Assembly: GCA_031431925.1 (NCBI GenBank)
Contig: JANPEL010000118.1
Location: 1 to 56,667 of the forward strand
From: Gemmatimonadota bacterium
GTDB taxonomy: Bacteria > Gemmatimonadota > Gemmatimonadetes > Gemmatimonadales > GWC2-71-9
Direction of reading: 5' to 3'
Length of the DNA stretch: 56,667 nucleotides
Positions within the stretch are counted from its first letter, which is position 1; the number at the start of each line of letters is the position of its first letter. Under the pieces are notes generated by a model that saw only the letters and a list, made by a program, of their open reading frames with translations, did not search any database and was not told where the DNA came from. Both the position numbers and the translations under genes were made by a program. Positions 31,099-39,936 of this stretch are shown here, in pieces.

Positions 31099-32505
31099 TC
31101 ACGAGATCGGCTTGATGCGCGCCAGTTGCTTCACCAACTCGTAGAGAAACGCGTGGCCCTCGTAAAAGGACTGCACTCGCATCCGCTCGTCCCGGCCGTG
31201 GAAGCGGATGTCGTCCCGATCGAAGAAAAACCCTTGCACCCCATACGTCGGGATCCCGGCCGATCGGAGCATTCGGCCGTCGGTCGCGCCCATCACCATG
31301 ATCGGCACCGTGACGACGCCGGGCCACATCGCGGTGGTGATCTCGGATACGGCGCTCATCACATCCGGGCGGAGCGGCGACGCCGGCCCGCGGCCCAGGG
31401 CGTTGACGCGGCTGATGGCAACCGCCGAATCGGCGACGACCTTCCGGAGGGCGGCCTCGACGTAGTCCGGCTCGTCCTCCGGAAGGACTCGGCAATTGAT
31501 CGTCGCGGCCGCCAACTGGGGCAGCGCGTTCATCGCATGGCCGCCCTCGAGCATCGTCGCAATGCAAGTGGTGCGGAGGGTGGCATTCCATGAGGTCGAC
31601 GACCGGGCCACCCGGAGCATGGCCTCGCGCGATCCGGCGGCCACCCGCTCCAAATCGGCTCGGACGGCCCCGGTCTCGGTCTTGGCCATCTGCTTGAAGT
31701 ACGCGGCGGTGACTTCGTTCGTCTTCAAGGGAAAGCTGAATCGCGACAGCCGGTCGAGCGCCCCGGCGAGATGGTAGATGGCATTGTCGGCAACCGGGAG
31801 CGAGCTGTGCCCGCCCTTATTCCGCACTTCGAGCCGGAAGCCCAACACGTACTTCTCACTGACCTGGATATCGTTCGCAATCCGCCTGCCGTTCACCGAT
31901 TCGCCCCAGCCGCCCTCGTTCAGAGCGTACTCCGCCTCGATCCAATCGCGATGGTTCTTGAGAAGCCAGTCCACCCCGTTGTACGGGCCCCCGCCCTCTT
32001 CGTCGGCGGTCAGCGCCACAATGATGTCGCGGTCGGGCGTAAACCCTTCCTTCCGATACTGGATCAGGTTGGCGATCCAGACCGCCGCCTGGGCCTTGTC
32101 GTCGCCGACGCCGCGCCCGTAGAAGTAGCCGTCCTTTTCCGTGAGCTGAAACGGATCCATGGTCCAGTCTTCACGTTTCGCTTCGACGACATCGGTGTGG
32201 GCCAGGAGCAGCAACGGCTTCTGGCTGCCGCTCCCCCGATACCGAACGACCAGATTCATCTTGTTCGGGTGGGCGCCGTCGACGTGGATGTCCCCGTCCG
32301 CAAACCCCGCCGCCTTCAGCCGGGCCACGGCGGCTTGCACGACTGGGGTCGTCGAACCGGTACTGAAGCCGGAGTTGACTTCGATGAATTCCCGGTAGAT
32401 CGCGCGGACCAAGGCTTGTTCCGGGGCCGGGCGGGTCACCTGGGCCTTCGCGGTGACGACACTGAGCGGCGACATGATCGACGCGATGAGGACGAACCGT
32501 TTCAT
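31099..32505 (-). CDS. M20/M25/M40 family metallopeptidase, secreted
   Basis: Signal peptide MKRFVLIA, LLLLAHTDVV, YGRGVGDDK, DEEGG, NEGG, GGHSS, GATD, HGRDER. Confidence 0.92.
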   Translation of the reverse strand: MKRFVLIASIMSPLSVVTAKAQVTRPAPEQALVRAIYREFIEVNSGFSTGSTTPVVQAAVARLKAAGFADGDIHVDGAHPNKMNLVVRYRGSGSQKPLLLLAHTDVVEAKREDWTMDPFQLTEKDGYFYGRGVGDDKAQAAVWIANLIQYRKEGFTPDRDIIVALTADEEGGGPYNGVDWLLKNHRDWIEAEYALNEGGWGESVNGRRIANDIQVSEKYVLGFRLEVRNKGGHSSLPVADNAIYHLAGALDRLSRFSFPLKTNEVTAAYFKQMAKTETGAVRADLERVAAGSREAMLRVARSSTSWNATLRTTCIATMLEGGHAMNALPQLAAATINCRVLPEDEPDYVEAALRKVVADSAVAISRVNALGRGPASPLRPDVMSAVSEITTAMWPGVVTVPIMVMGATDGRMLRSAGIPTYGVQGFFFDRDDIRFHGRDERMRVQSFYEGHAFLYELVKQLARIKPIS

Positions 32506-32597
32506 GATTGGCTTCCCGTGAGGTGGCGCGACCCCCAATCTCGCCGAGGCACCTGGCTCCCGGAAGGGCCCCGCCGGGAAAGCCGACGCCGGCGCGG

Positions 32598-32920
32598 CCA
32601 GGATCAGTTCACCGGCCGGATGGCGTTCCCCAAACGCCCGGAGACCGCGGAACGCTGCGGCCGTCAACCCGGTCCCGTGTGTCACCTCGATCGCGATCAA
32701 CCGGTCCGACGTCTCCACGACGAAGTCGACCTCGGCGCCTAACGACGTTCGCCAGGTGGCCAGGCGGGCTCCCGGCGCGTGGGCCACCCAGGTCGCGAGG
32801 TGGTGGAACACGATCCCTTCCAGGGCTTCCCCAAGCGCCGGTCCCAACGATTCACTTCGCCCGAAGAGCAAACCCATCGCCAGTCCGCTATCCGTGAAGT
32901 AGAACTTGGGGTGCTCGGCG
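32598..32920 (-). pseudogene. DUF4143-type (AAA ATPase C-terminal, nuclease-like) fragment
   Basis: HPKFYFTDSGL, GEALEGIV, WRT..GAEVDFVV, IAIEVT, FRGLRAF. The ATPase domain is absent and the frame runs on into the M20 gene. Confidence 0.75.
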
Positions 32921-32980
32921 AGATCACGGGTGTTCGGGGCCCGTCCGTAACGGCAGGCCGACTCGAGGTCGAAGGCCGCA

Positions 32981-33337
32981 CCGGCCGGTCGGAAGAACGA
33001 TAAGAACTACTACGTCCAGTGCATGCACTGGCCGCCTTGGCCCGGCGAACCGGCGCGCCGGCCGCTCACCTCCTTCTCCAACTGGGCGCCGGACCTCCCG
33101 CTCTTGCTGCTGAATGGCGACTACATGCAAACCACCCACGAGCTGGCCCGCGGGGCGGCCGAGCAATTCGCCCCGCGGACAACCTGGTACGCGAGCTTCG
33201 AGAATTTCGGGCACGTGATCATGCCGAGAAGCGCCTGCGCGCAGGCGCTGTGGTTCGAGTTGGTGAGGACCAGGCGGATTGCCGACCCCAACGGCTGTCG
33301 CGTCGACGGCGCCAAGGCGATCGCGACGCGGCCATGA
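32981..33337 (+). pseudogene. C-terminal fragment of an alpha/beta hydrolase (TAP-like)
   Basis: QCMHWP..PLLLLNGDY.MQT..FENFGH..SACAQ..C. The N-terminal part with the nucleophile Ser is absent. Confidence 0.6.
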
Positions 33338-34956
33338 TGGATTTCGACCCCTTCGGCACGGTCTACCTCCAGGACCCGTATCCCTTCTTCGAACGATACC
33401 AGCGCGAGGCGCCGGTCTACGACAGCGAAACGATCGACCACTGGGTCGTCTCTCGGTATGACGACGTGAAGGAGGTCCTCCGTGACGCCGAGCGATTCTC
33501 GAACCAAAACACCCTGACCCCGGTGGCTCCCTGGTCGGCGGAGGTCCACCGGGTGCTCGAGGAAGGCGGGTACCGGGCTCGGCCCGCGATGGTGGGTACC
33601 GATCCGCCGTACCACACCCGGTCCCGCAAGCTCCTGAACCAGGCCTTCACCCCTCGAAGAATCAGCGCCCTCGAGCCGCGAATCCGGCGGCTCGCCGAGG
33701 ACCGGCTCGACCGGTTGGCCCCGAATGGCCAGATGGACCTGGTCCGCGACCTCACCTACGAGCTTCCGGCCCAAGTCCTGTTCCTGCTGCTCGGGGTGCC
33801 CGAAGAGGATGTTGCCTTGGTCAAGCTCGGAGCGGACCACCGCCTGCTGCTCGTGTGGGGCCGCCCCACGCCGGAACATCAGATCGAACTAGCCCGGAGC
33901 CTGGTGACGTTCTGGCATCAGAGCGAACGGGTGGTGGAGCGCCGGCTCCGCGACCCGGGCGACGACCTCACCAGCGAGCTGATCCGCCTTCGCGGTGGCG
34001 ACGATACGGTGCTCTCGCTCACCGAGATCGCCAGTTTGGTCTTCGGGCTCCTCTTTGCCGGCCACGAGACGACCACCGCATTCCTCACCAACGCGGTGCG
34101 GCAACTACTGGCCCGGGGCCGTTGGCCTGAGCTGGTCCGGAATCCGGCCGCGACTCCGGTGCTGGTGGAGGAACTTCTCCGACTCGATAGCTCGGTGATC
34201 GGGTGGCGGCGCCTGGCGATCCGCGAGACCACGATCGGCGGCGTCCCGCTCCCCGCCGGCGCCCGGGTGCTGGTGCTCCTCGGTGCCGCCAACCATGACC
34301 CCGCTCGATTCCACGACCCGGGGGCCCTCGACCCCGGCCGGCCCAACCTCAAGGACCACCTCGCGTTCGGGTTCGGCATTCACTACTGCCTCGGCGCCGC
34401 CTTGGCTCGCCTCGAGGCCAAGGTGGTGCTCGAGTGCTTGGCGTCGCGGTTGCCGAACCTGCGCCTGGTGCCGGAACAGTTGTTCCCGAGTGCCCTTCGT
34501 CCGGCTTCTTGCTTCGGACAATCACTCGACTTGCGGATAACGAAGTGGGCGGGCGGTCACGACGCCTTTTGTTCGAGCCGTTCCGCGATCCACACTTTGA
34601 TGATCGACTGGCGGGTCACGCCGAGGCGCGCCGCTTCGTGGTCGAGCGATTCGATCATCCAGGTTGGGAAGTCCACGTTGACCCGTCGCTGCTGCTGCGC
34701 TGGCCGCCGCAGCGTGGTGAGGTCAAGATTGGGTGAGAGATCCTTGCCCTCGTCAAACTTCCGGTCAAACGTCTTAGCTTTCATAGAGAGCAACCTCCTC
34801 AGGGCGAGACCGGCGGACCGAGATCAGCCGGATTCGGCTGTCCCGGTAGGTGATGATCGCGGACCAGAACACGCCCGCGATGCGTCCGACGACGAAAAAA
34901 CGAGGTTCGTCATCGGTCCGCACCTGGACCTCGAGCAGCATGTCGTCGGCCCATAG
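33334..34956 (+). CDS. Cytochrome P450 with replaced C-terminus (homology ends ~34480, then antisense readthrough of brnAT); possibly a pseudogene
   Basis: DPYPF, DPPYHTR, AFTPRRI, FAGHETT, EELLR, AANHDP, HLAFGFGIHYCLGAALARLE. Confidence 0.8.
   Translation: MMDFDPFGTVYLQDPYPFFERYQREAPVYDSETIDHWVVSRYDDVKEVLRDAERFSNQNTLTPVAPWSAEVHRVLEEGGYRARPAMVGTDPPYHTRSRKLLNQAFTPRRISALEPRIRRLAEDRLDRLAPNGQMDLVRDLTYELPAQVLFLLLGVPEEDVALVKLGADHRLLLVWGRPTPEHQIELARSLVTFWHQSERVVERRLRDPGDDLTSELIRLRGGDDTVLSLTEIASLVFGLLFAGHETTTAFLTNAVRQLLARGRWPELVRNPAATPVLVEELLRLDSSVIGWRRLAIRETTIGGVPLPAGARVLVLLGAANHDPARFHDPGALDPGRPNLKDHLAFGFGIHYCLGAALARLEAKVVLECLASRLPNLRLVPEQLFPSALRPASCFGQSLDLRITKWAGGHDAFCSSRSAIHTLMIDWRVTPRRAASWSSDSIIQVGKSTLTRRCCCAGRRSVVRSRLGERSLPSSNFRSNVLAFIESNLLRARPADRDQPDSAVPVGDDRGPEHARDASDDEKTRFVIGPHLDLEQHVVGP
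34557..34784 (-). CDS. brnA: BrnA/CopG-type antitoxin
   Basis: MKAKTFDRKFDEG..RRVNVDFPTWMIESLD.EA.RLGVTRQSIIKVWIAERL. Overlaps the toxin gene. Confidence 0.88.
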   Translation of the reverse strand: MKAKTFDRKFDEGKDLSPNLDLTTLRRPAQQQRRVNVDFPTWMIESLDHEAARLGVTRQSIIKVWIAERLEQKAS

Positions 34957-35034
34957 CGCTTGCGCCTCGACAAAGTCGAGCCCGTGCTTGGCCTTGTTCA
35001 CGAGGCTTTTCGACTCGTCGAACTCGAATTCCAC
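34774..35034 (-). CDS. brnT: BrnT family ribonuclease toxin
   Basis: EFEFDESKS..NKAKHGLDF, E.RF, IRLISVRR..EE..YES. Confidence 0.9.
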   Translation of the reverse strand: MEFEFDESKSLVNKAKHGLDFVEAQALWADDMLLEVQVRTDDEPRFFVVGRIAGVFWSAIITYRDSRIRLISVRRSRPEEVALYES

Positions 35035-35052
35035 CCGGATTTCCTGTGCCGG

Positions 35053-35090
35053 AATGATATAATAATTATACCATTTTTGCATTTCGTCAA
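35053..35090 (-). promoter_or_regulatory. brnTA promoter with palindromic operator
   Basis: The minus strand reads TTGACG...AATGG-TATAAT-T-ATTATA-TCATT. The inverted repeat covers the -10 element. Confidence 0.7.
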
Positions 35091-35322
35091 GAAGCAGGGT
35101 CGCTACCGGGCCAGGCAGCCGAGGATCTGAATCCAGTCGCCGGCGCCCCGCTTGGGAATCCCCTAAGCCGCTACCCCGAAATGGCTTAGTCAGATGGCCG
35201 CCACGCTATCGGCTCCCTCCGTAGCGGGGTATTATCTGGCTGCGTCCAGCCGTACTCTCGCTTCGCAGATCTGGACAACCCTTGGTCCCCAGTGCCATCG
35301 ACGCTCGGCTGAATCGTAGGTC

Positions 35323-35976
35323 ATGGGGAGGTCGGGCAACCATTTGACTGACCGATTGCGCGGGTTCACCGACGCGCTGGCGGACCGGTACCGGATCGAG
35401 CGCGATCTCGGTCAGGGCGGCATGGCCACGGTCTACCTCGCCCGCGACTTGAAGCACGACCGCCAAGTCGCCATCAAGGTGCTCCGGCCCGAGCTGTCGG
35501 CCTCGCTCGGCGGCGACCGGTTCCTCCGTGAAGTGCGAATCGCCGCGCAGTTGCAGCACCCCCACATCCTCACCCTGATCGATTCCGGCGAGGCCGACGG
35601 CACCCTCTACTACGTGATGCCGTTCGTCGACGGCGAGACCCTCCGGGCCAAGCTCGACCGCGACCGCGAGCTCCCGGTAGGCGACGCCATCCGCATTTTG
35701 CGTGAAGTCGCCGATGCCCTCGCCTACGCCCATAGCCGCGGGGTCGTGCACCGCGACGTGAAGCCCGAGAACGTGATGCTGACCGGGCGCCACGCGATGG
35801 TGATGGACTTCGCGGTGGCCAAAGCGGTCAGCGAAGCAACCGGGCGCCAGTCGCTCACGACGGCCGGCATTGCCCTCGGCACGCCCACCTACATGGCGCC
35901 CGAACGCCGTTGGCGGAGGCGAAAGAAGAGCCGGAGATCCTCACTCACCTTCGGGCAATCGAGCGCAAATCGGTGA
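35323..35976 (+). pseudogene. Truncated Ser/Thr kinase (homology ends at MAPE, 35904; DFG changed to DFA)
   Basis: LGQGGMATVY, VAIK, HRDVKPEN, DFA, GTPTYMAPE, then unrelated sequence. Closely similar to the kinases at 41908, 44559 and 47171. Confidence 0.85.
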
Positions 35977-35992
35977 GGTCGGTCGATGGCTG

Positions 35993-36068
35993 TTGAATCC
36001 GCTCCAATGATGGTGGCGGATTGCGAGCCCGCCGCCCCGAACGGCCCAACGTCACCGGCGCCGCGAGG
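35993..36068 (+). repeat. Direct repeat copy A with imperfect palindromic core
   Basis: TTGAATCCGCTCCAATGATGGTGGCGGATTGC...CCCAACGTCACCGGCGCCGCGAGG. The first 32 nt match copy B at 29 positions. Confidence 0.85.
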
Positions 36069-36149
36069 TCATCCGCTGCTAGCGCCGGCCCTGACTCGGG
36101 GCTAACGTTGCGGTCCCACGCGGCCTCTCTCTCTCCGGTGCCCTGGTCT

Positions 36150-38858
36150 ATGCAACTCCGCTCCTGGCGGCTCCCGGCGGTCACGTGCCTCGCTGCCCTG
36201 CTGGCCGCCTGCGGCGGAACCACGAATCCGCCGCCGCCCCCGCCCCCGCCGGCGGCGGTCGCCAGCGTCTCGGTCACCCCGGCTGATGCCACGGTCGAAG
36301 TCGGCCAGACCACGACGCTCTCCGCGCAACCCAAGGACGCGAGCGGCGCCGCCCTGAGCGGCCGATCGATCGCGTGGACCAGTAGCGATCCCACCAAGGC
36401 GACGGTCTCCACTCAGGGCGTCGTCACCGGGGTCGCGGTCGGCGGCACGACCATCACCGCCACGGCCGAGGGCCAGTCGGGCGCCGCCACGATCGCGGTC
36501 ATCCAGCCCCGAGTCGCCACGGTGGCCGTCACGATGGCGGCCACCGACCTGAGCGCCGGGGATGCCGTCCCCGCGACGGCGACCCCGAAGGACGCCGCGG
36601 GCAATGTCCTGACCGGCCGGGTGGTGACGTGGACCTCGAGCACCCCCGCGGTCGCCACCGTCAGCGACAGCGGTCGGGTGATCGGTATCAGCGCGGGCAC
36701 GACAACCGTCTCGGCGACCTCCGAAGGCAAGACCGGCACCGTCACCGTTACCGTGCGCGCGTTCGTCCCGGCCACCACGTCGCAGACGATTGGGGCCGCC
36801 GGCGGCACGATCACGTTGACGTCGACTAACGGCACGGCGTTCGAGTTCGTGGTGCCCGCGGGTGCGGTGAGGGGCGGCACGACGTTCACCCTCGCCACGC
36901 GGGTGCCCGTGAATGGGAAACGCTTCAACCTGGTGGTGCAGCCGGCGGGGCTCATCTTCCTCCGTGGCAACGCCGCGACGGTCACCGTGACGCTACCGGG
37001 TGGCCAACGGCTCGCCGCCACTGGCGGGATGGGCTACAACGGGCACCCGATCCCGTACACCGTGCTCAGTGACGGCCGCCTGCGGGTGCGGCTGGCGTCC
37101 ATCGAGGACCCCGGGTCCGCAGCGGGGACCATCCGAGCCAGCGCGGCGAGGCAGCCCCCCGTCGCGGCGTGCGGGGCGGCGCAGGACTTCATCGACGGAG
37201 GGCTCAACGCCGACGACCTGATTGTGGTCGAGGCGTATGCGTCGTGCATGTTGGCGGCCGCCCAGAACCTCGCGCTCAACGAGCAGTACGCGGAAGCCGT
37301 GAACGTCGCCAGTACGGTCGCGGCCTATCTGCAGGCGATCGGCGAGGGCAATCCGCACGTGCGGATTGCGCAGGCCAGCAGCATCGCGTGTGTGGCATAT
37401 CGGGCCGCCCTCGACCGCGCAACCGCGGCCACCGTGTCGACCATGGGGACGCTGTATGGGCTGATCAAGCCCATCATGTTCTGGGAGATGACCGTCCAAA
37501 GACTGGGGACGACCTGCCCAGCGATCTCGTTGACGGAGTATCAAACCGTCATTGCCACCAAGACCGATGAGGCGAAGGCGTACTACGCGACCCAGAAGCC
37601 CCAGCTGACCAGCACCACCAGCCCAGCATACACCGCCTCCCGCGTCGAGGCCCAACAGAGCGCCCAGACGGTCACCGAGGTCACCGCGCTCGCGCCGCCC
37701 CCGGCGGTCCAGAGCACCCTCACCGCCCAGGTGACCAACAAAGCGCAGCCGTCGTTACTGGATGCGATGCTGCAGGCGCCGTGGAACCGCTGCCGCGTCA
37801 CGCGCTCCTACGATGAACTGATCAGCCTGATGGCGTCGTTCGAGAGCCCAGCGGCGCTCCAAACGGCGGCCCAATACTGCGGGACCCAGCTGAGCGCGCA
37901 GGCGAAAGACAGCCTCGGCGTGGTGAAGGCGACCCTGACGCCCACTCTGGGTGGGGTGAGTGGCGCCACGCAGAACGTCATCGGGAAGATCAATGCCGAC
38001 AAGAAGGGCCATCTCCTGCTCACCGGCCCGATTCTTTCGCTCGAATGCCCGGCCAGTGTCACCGGCGGAACCGAAGCGCTGGTCGTGAAGGTCGACGGCA
38101 CGACCATTCAATCACTACAGAGCGCCCCGTATCTCGGCAACACGCTCGATGTCGACATCGCGGCGGCGCTCCAGGCGGCGCATCCGGGTGGCACGGCAAA
38201 CATCACGGCGGCCGATGTCACCTTCGAACGGGCTGGGACGCCATGCGCGGGTTTTTGGGGCACCACCCCGGTGCCACTGCTCACACTCACGCTCGACTTC
38301 CTGACCCCGTTCGCTGTCGACTTCATCAAATTGCCGGGAACTGGTTTGGGACTTGGTGGTGAAGACACATCCGACAGACCGACGAGTGATCGGTCCGTCC
38401 CCTTCACCCTAAATGCCGGTGCAGGGACCTCCGCCTCATTCCTGTATCCGACGGCGGCCACAATGGCTATCGACGTGAATTTTCCCTCCAATCAGGGGAC
38501 GAGCAGCGTGTCTGCTGCCCTCCGGGTGACGATCCCCAAGGCGGGTACGTTAAAGTTCGAGGTCTTTGGAGTGCCGGGTATCCTTAATTTCGCCTCTACC
38601 TGGACCACCAGTTCCACACCCGGCTGGCCGTCGACTGGCATTCTTGATCCGGCGCTTTTCGGTGTTCCCGCCGGGACCCCTTTCGCCTGCGCCACCGGCA
38701 TCGCTGTTACCTGTTCCGCAGCCCTTGGAGGAAACCCGCCCAATACCATCACCGTTGCCGTGCCGGCCGGCGCGGGCCTCTTCCGCTTTGATGCAAGCAC
38801 CTCTACCGGCCGTACGTCTGGTCGGGTGTTCCAGTTGACGTACACGCCAAACCCTTAA
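36150..38858 (+). CDS. Surface lipoprotein with two bacterial Ig-like (Big_2) domains and uncharacterised C-terminal regions
   Basis: Lipobox LLAACGG, poly-Pro linker, VASVSVTP..WTSSDPTKATVS..GVVTGVA.G.TTITAT twice, IGAAGGTI. Confidence 0.85.
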   Translation: MQLRSWRLPAVTCLAALLAACGGTTNPPPPPPPPAAVASVSVTPADATVEVGQTTTLSAQPKDASGAALSGRSIAWTSSDPTKATVSTQGVVTGVAVGGTTITATAEGQSGAATIAVIQPRVATVAVTMAATDLSAGDAVPATATPKDAAGNVLTGRVVTWTSSTPAVATVSDSGRVIGISAGTTTVSATSEGKTGTVTVTVRAFVPATTSQTIGAAGGTITLTSTNGTAFEFVVPAGAVRGGTTFTLATRVPVNGKRFNLVVQPAGLIFLRGNAATVTVTLPGGQRLAATGGMGYNGHPIPYTVLSDGRLRVRLASIEDPGSAAGTIRASAARQPPVAACGAAQDFIDGGLNADDLIVVEAYASCMLAAAQNLALNEQYAEAVNVASTVAAYLQAIGEGNPHVRIAQASSIACVAYRAALDRATAATVSTMGTLYGLIKPIMFWEMTVQRLGTTCPAISLTEYQTVIATKTDEAKAYYATQKPQLTSTTSPAYTASRVEAQQSAQTVTEVTALAPPPAVQSTLTAQVTNKAQPSLLDAMLQAPWNRCRVTRSYDELISLMASFESPAALQTAAQYCGTQLSAQAKDSLGVVKATLTPTLGGVSGATQNVIGKINADKKGHLLLTGPILSLECPASVTGGTEALVVKVDGTTIQSLQSAPYLGNTLDVDIAAALQAAHPGGTANITAADVTFERAGTPCAGFWGTTPVPLLTLTLDFLTPFAVDFIKLPGTGLGLGGEDTSDRPTSDRSVPFTLNAGAGTSASFLYPTAATMAIDVNFPSNQGTSSVSAALRVTIPKAGTLKFEVFGVPGILNFASTWTTSSTPGWPSTGILDPALFGVPAGTPFACATGIAVTCSAALGGNPPNTITVAVPAGAGLFRFDASTSTGRTSGRVFQLTYTPNP

Positions 38859-38921
38859 GCCTGACGGCAGGCACGGGATATTCCCATTGCCCTCGCCGAT
38901 CCAAGCAGAGGAGGACGGAGT

Positions 38922-38999
38922 TTGAATCCGCTACAATGATTGTAGCGGATTGCCACCCCGCCTCCCCAAGCCGCCCCAACGTTCACCGGCGTCGCCAGG
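38922..38999 (+). repeat. Direct repeat copy B with perfect 13-bp-arm palindrome
   Basis: AATCCGCTACAAT-G-ATTGTAGCGGATT (38925-38951), followed by the same GC-rich tail as copy A. Confidence 0.85.
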
Positions 39000-39016
39000 C
39001 CGCCAACCCCGCCCGA

Positions 39017-39764
39017 TTGAGGAGCTCGACGATCCGCTCGTGGTCGCCCACCTCCGTTCTCGTCACCTGGCTGGCAAACCCCTGCAGCGCAAGATCTTGA
39101 GCGGCCGGCCGACAAGGCGCGGCCTGGTCGATGGTCATCTCGTCTACCTGACCGAGATGGTGATCTGGCGGCGGTTCCGTTCGACCTCGCCCACCTCCGG
39201 GTCACCGGCGATCCGGTCCAGATCGCGAGCGCCGTGGACGGAGTCGGCCTGCCGGCCTCCGGAACACTCGCCTACTCGCCGGGAGCAACCTCGTTCCAGT
39301 TGGTCCTCGCCGGCGGCGGATCGGAGACGCCCGTCCGGGTTGAGCCGGCCGCATTCGCGACGCCGCGCTTCTCGCCCGACGGACGCCGGATCGCGGTCTC
39401 CGCGTTCACCAAGGACGGAGGGGCGGATATCTGGGTCCATGATCGGGTGGCCAATACCTTTGCACGCCTGACGACCAAGGGCGTGAACACGGCCCCGGAG
39501 TGGTCGCCAGACGGTCGACGGGTCCTTTACAAGTCGGCTGCCAAAGCGACCGAGGTTGGGGTAACGGAAACGACCCTCGCCGGGCAGATGCCGCGGATCC
39601 TGTGGGTGCCGGTCGACGGAAGCGCTAAGGCGGACACCCTCTACGGCCTCGAAGTGGACTTCGTGGTCTACGGCGAGTCCGCCTTCTTCGCGATCGAAGT
39701 GAAGAACGCCGACAAGGTCCGCCCCGACGATCTCCGCGGGCTCCGCGCGTTCGTGAGCGAGTAA
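39017..39764 (+). pseudogene. Chimeric remnant: TolB-like beta-propeller fragment joined to a DUF4143 C-terminal fragment
   Basis: GHLVYL, a frameshift near 39152, AVPFDL..VTGDPVQI, PRFSPDGRRIA, PEWSPDG, ADTLY, then GLEVDFVVYG..AIEVK..DLRGLRAF from 39645 and a premature stop. Confidence 0.8.
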
Positions 39765-39907
39765 CCGTCGCCGACATGACCGCGCTGGGACGGGTACGCC
39801 CATGCCCCCACTTGGCGTTCGGATCGTCGGCCGTGAGCAGGAGCGGGTGGTCTGGATCGGCCAGGTTCACTCGAGGCGGGGATCGAGACTCGGGACGGCC
39901 CTGTCAA

Positions 39908-39931
39908 TTACCGTAAATACCGTAATATTCT
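39908..39931 (+). promoter_or_regulatory. Putative operator and -10 element of the vapBC operon (leaderless)
   Basis: Tandem TACCGTAA (39909-39916 and 39918-39925). The first copy is part of the palindrome TTAC-C-GTAA. TAATAT/TATTCT lie just before ATG 39937 and there is no RBS. Confidence 0.6.
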
Positions 39932-39936
39932 TTCCC

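Noticed and set aside
36228-36251. CCG tandem repeat as a phase-variation tract
   Set aside because: It encodes an ordinary poly-Pro lipoprotein linker, is interrupted by CCC codons, and triplet slippage would keep the frame.
35993-38999. CRISPR interpretation of repeats A and B
   Set aside because: Only two copies, 2.9 kb apart, with no spacers and no cas genes.
39765-39900. Possible further gene remnant (minus-strand NLADPDHPLLLTADDPNAKWGHG)
   Set aside because: Looks protein-like, but I cannot assign a family or strand without a search.
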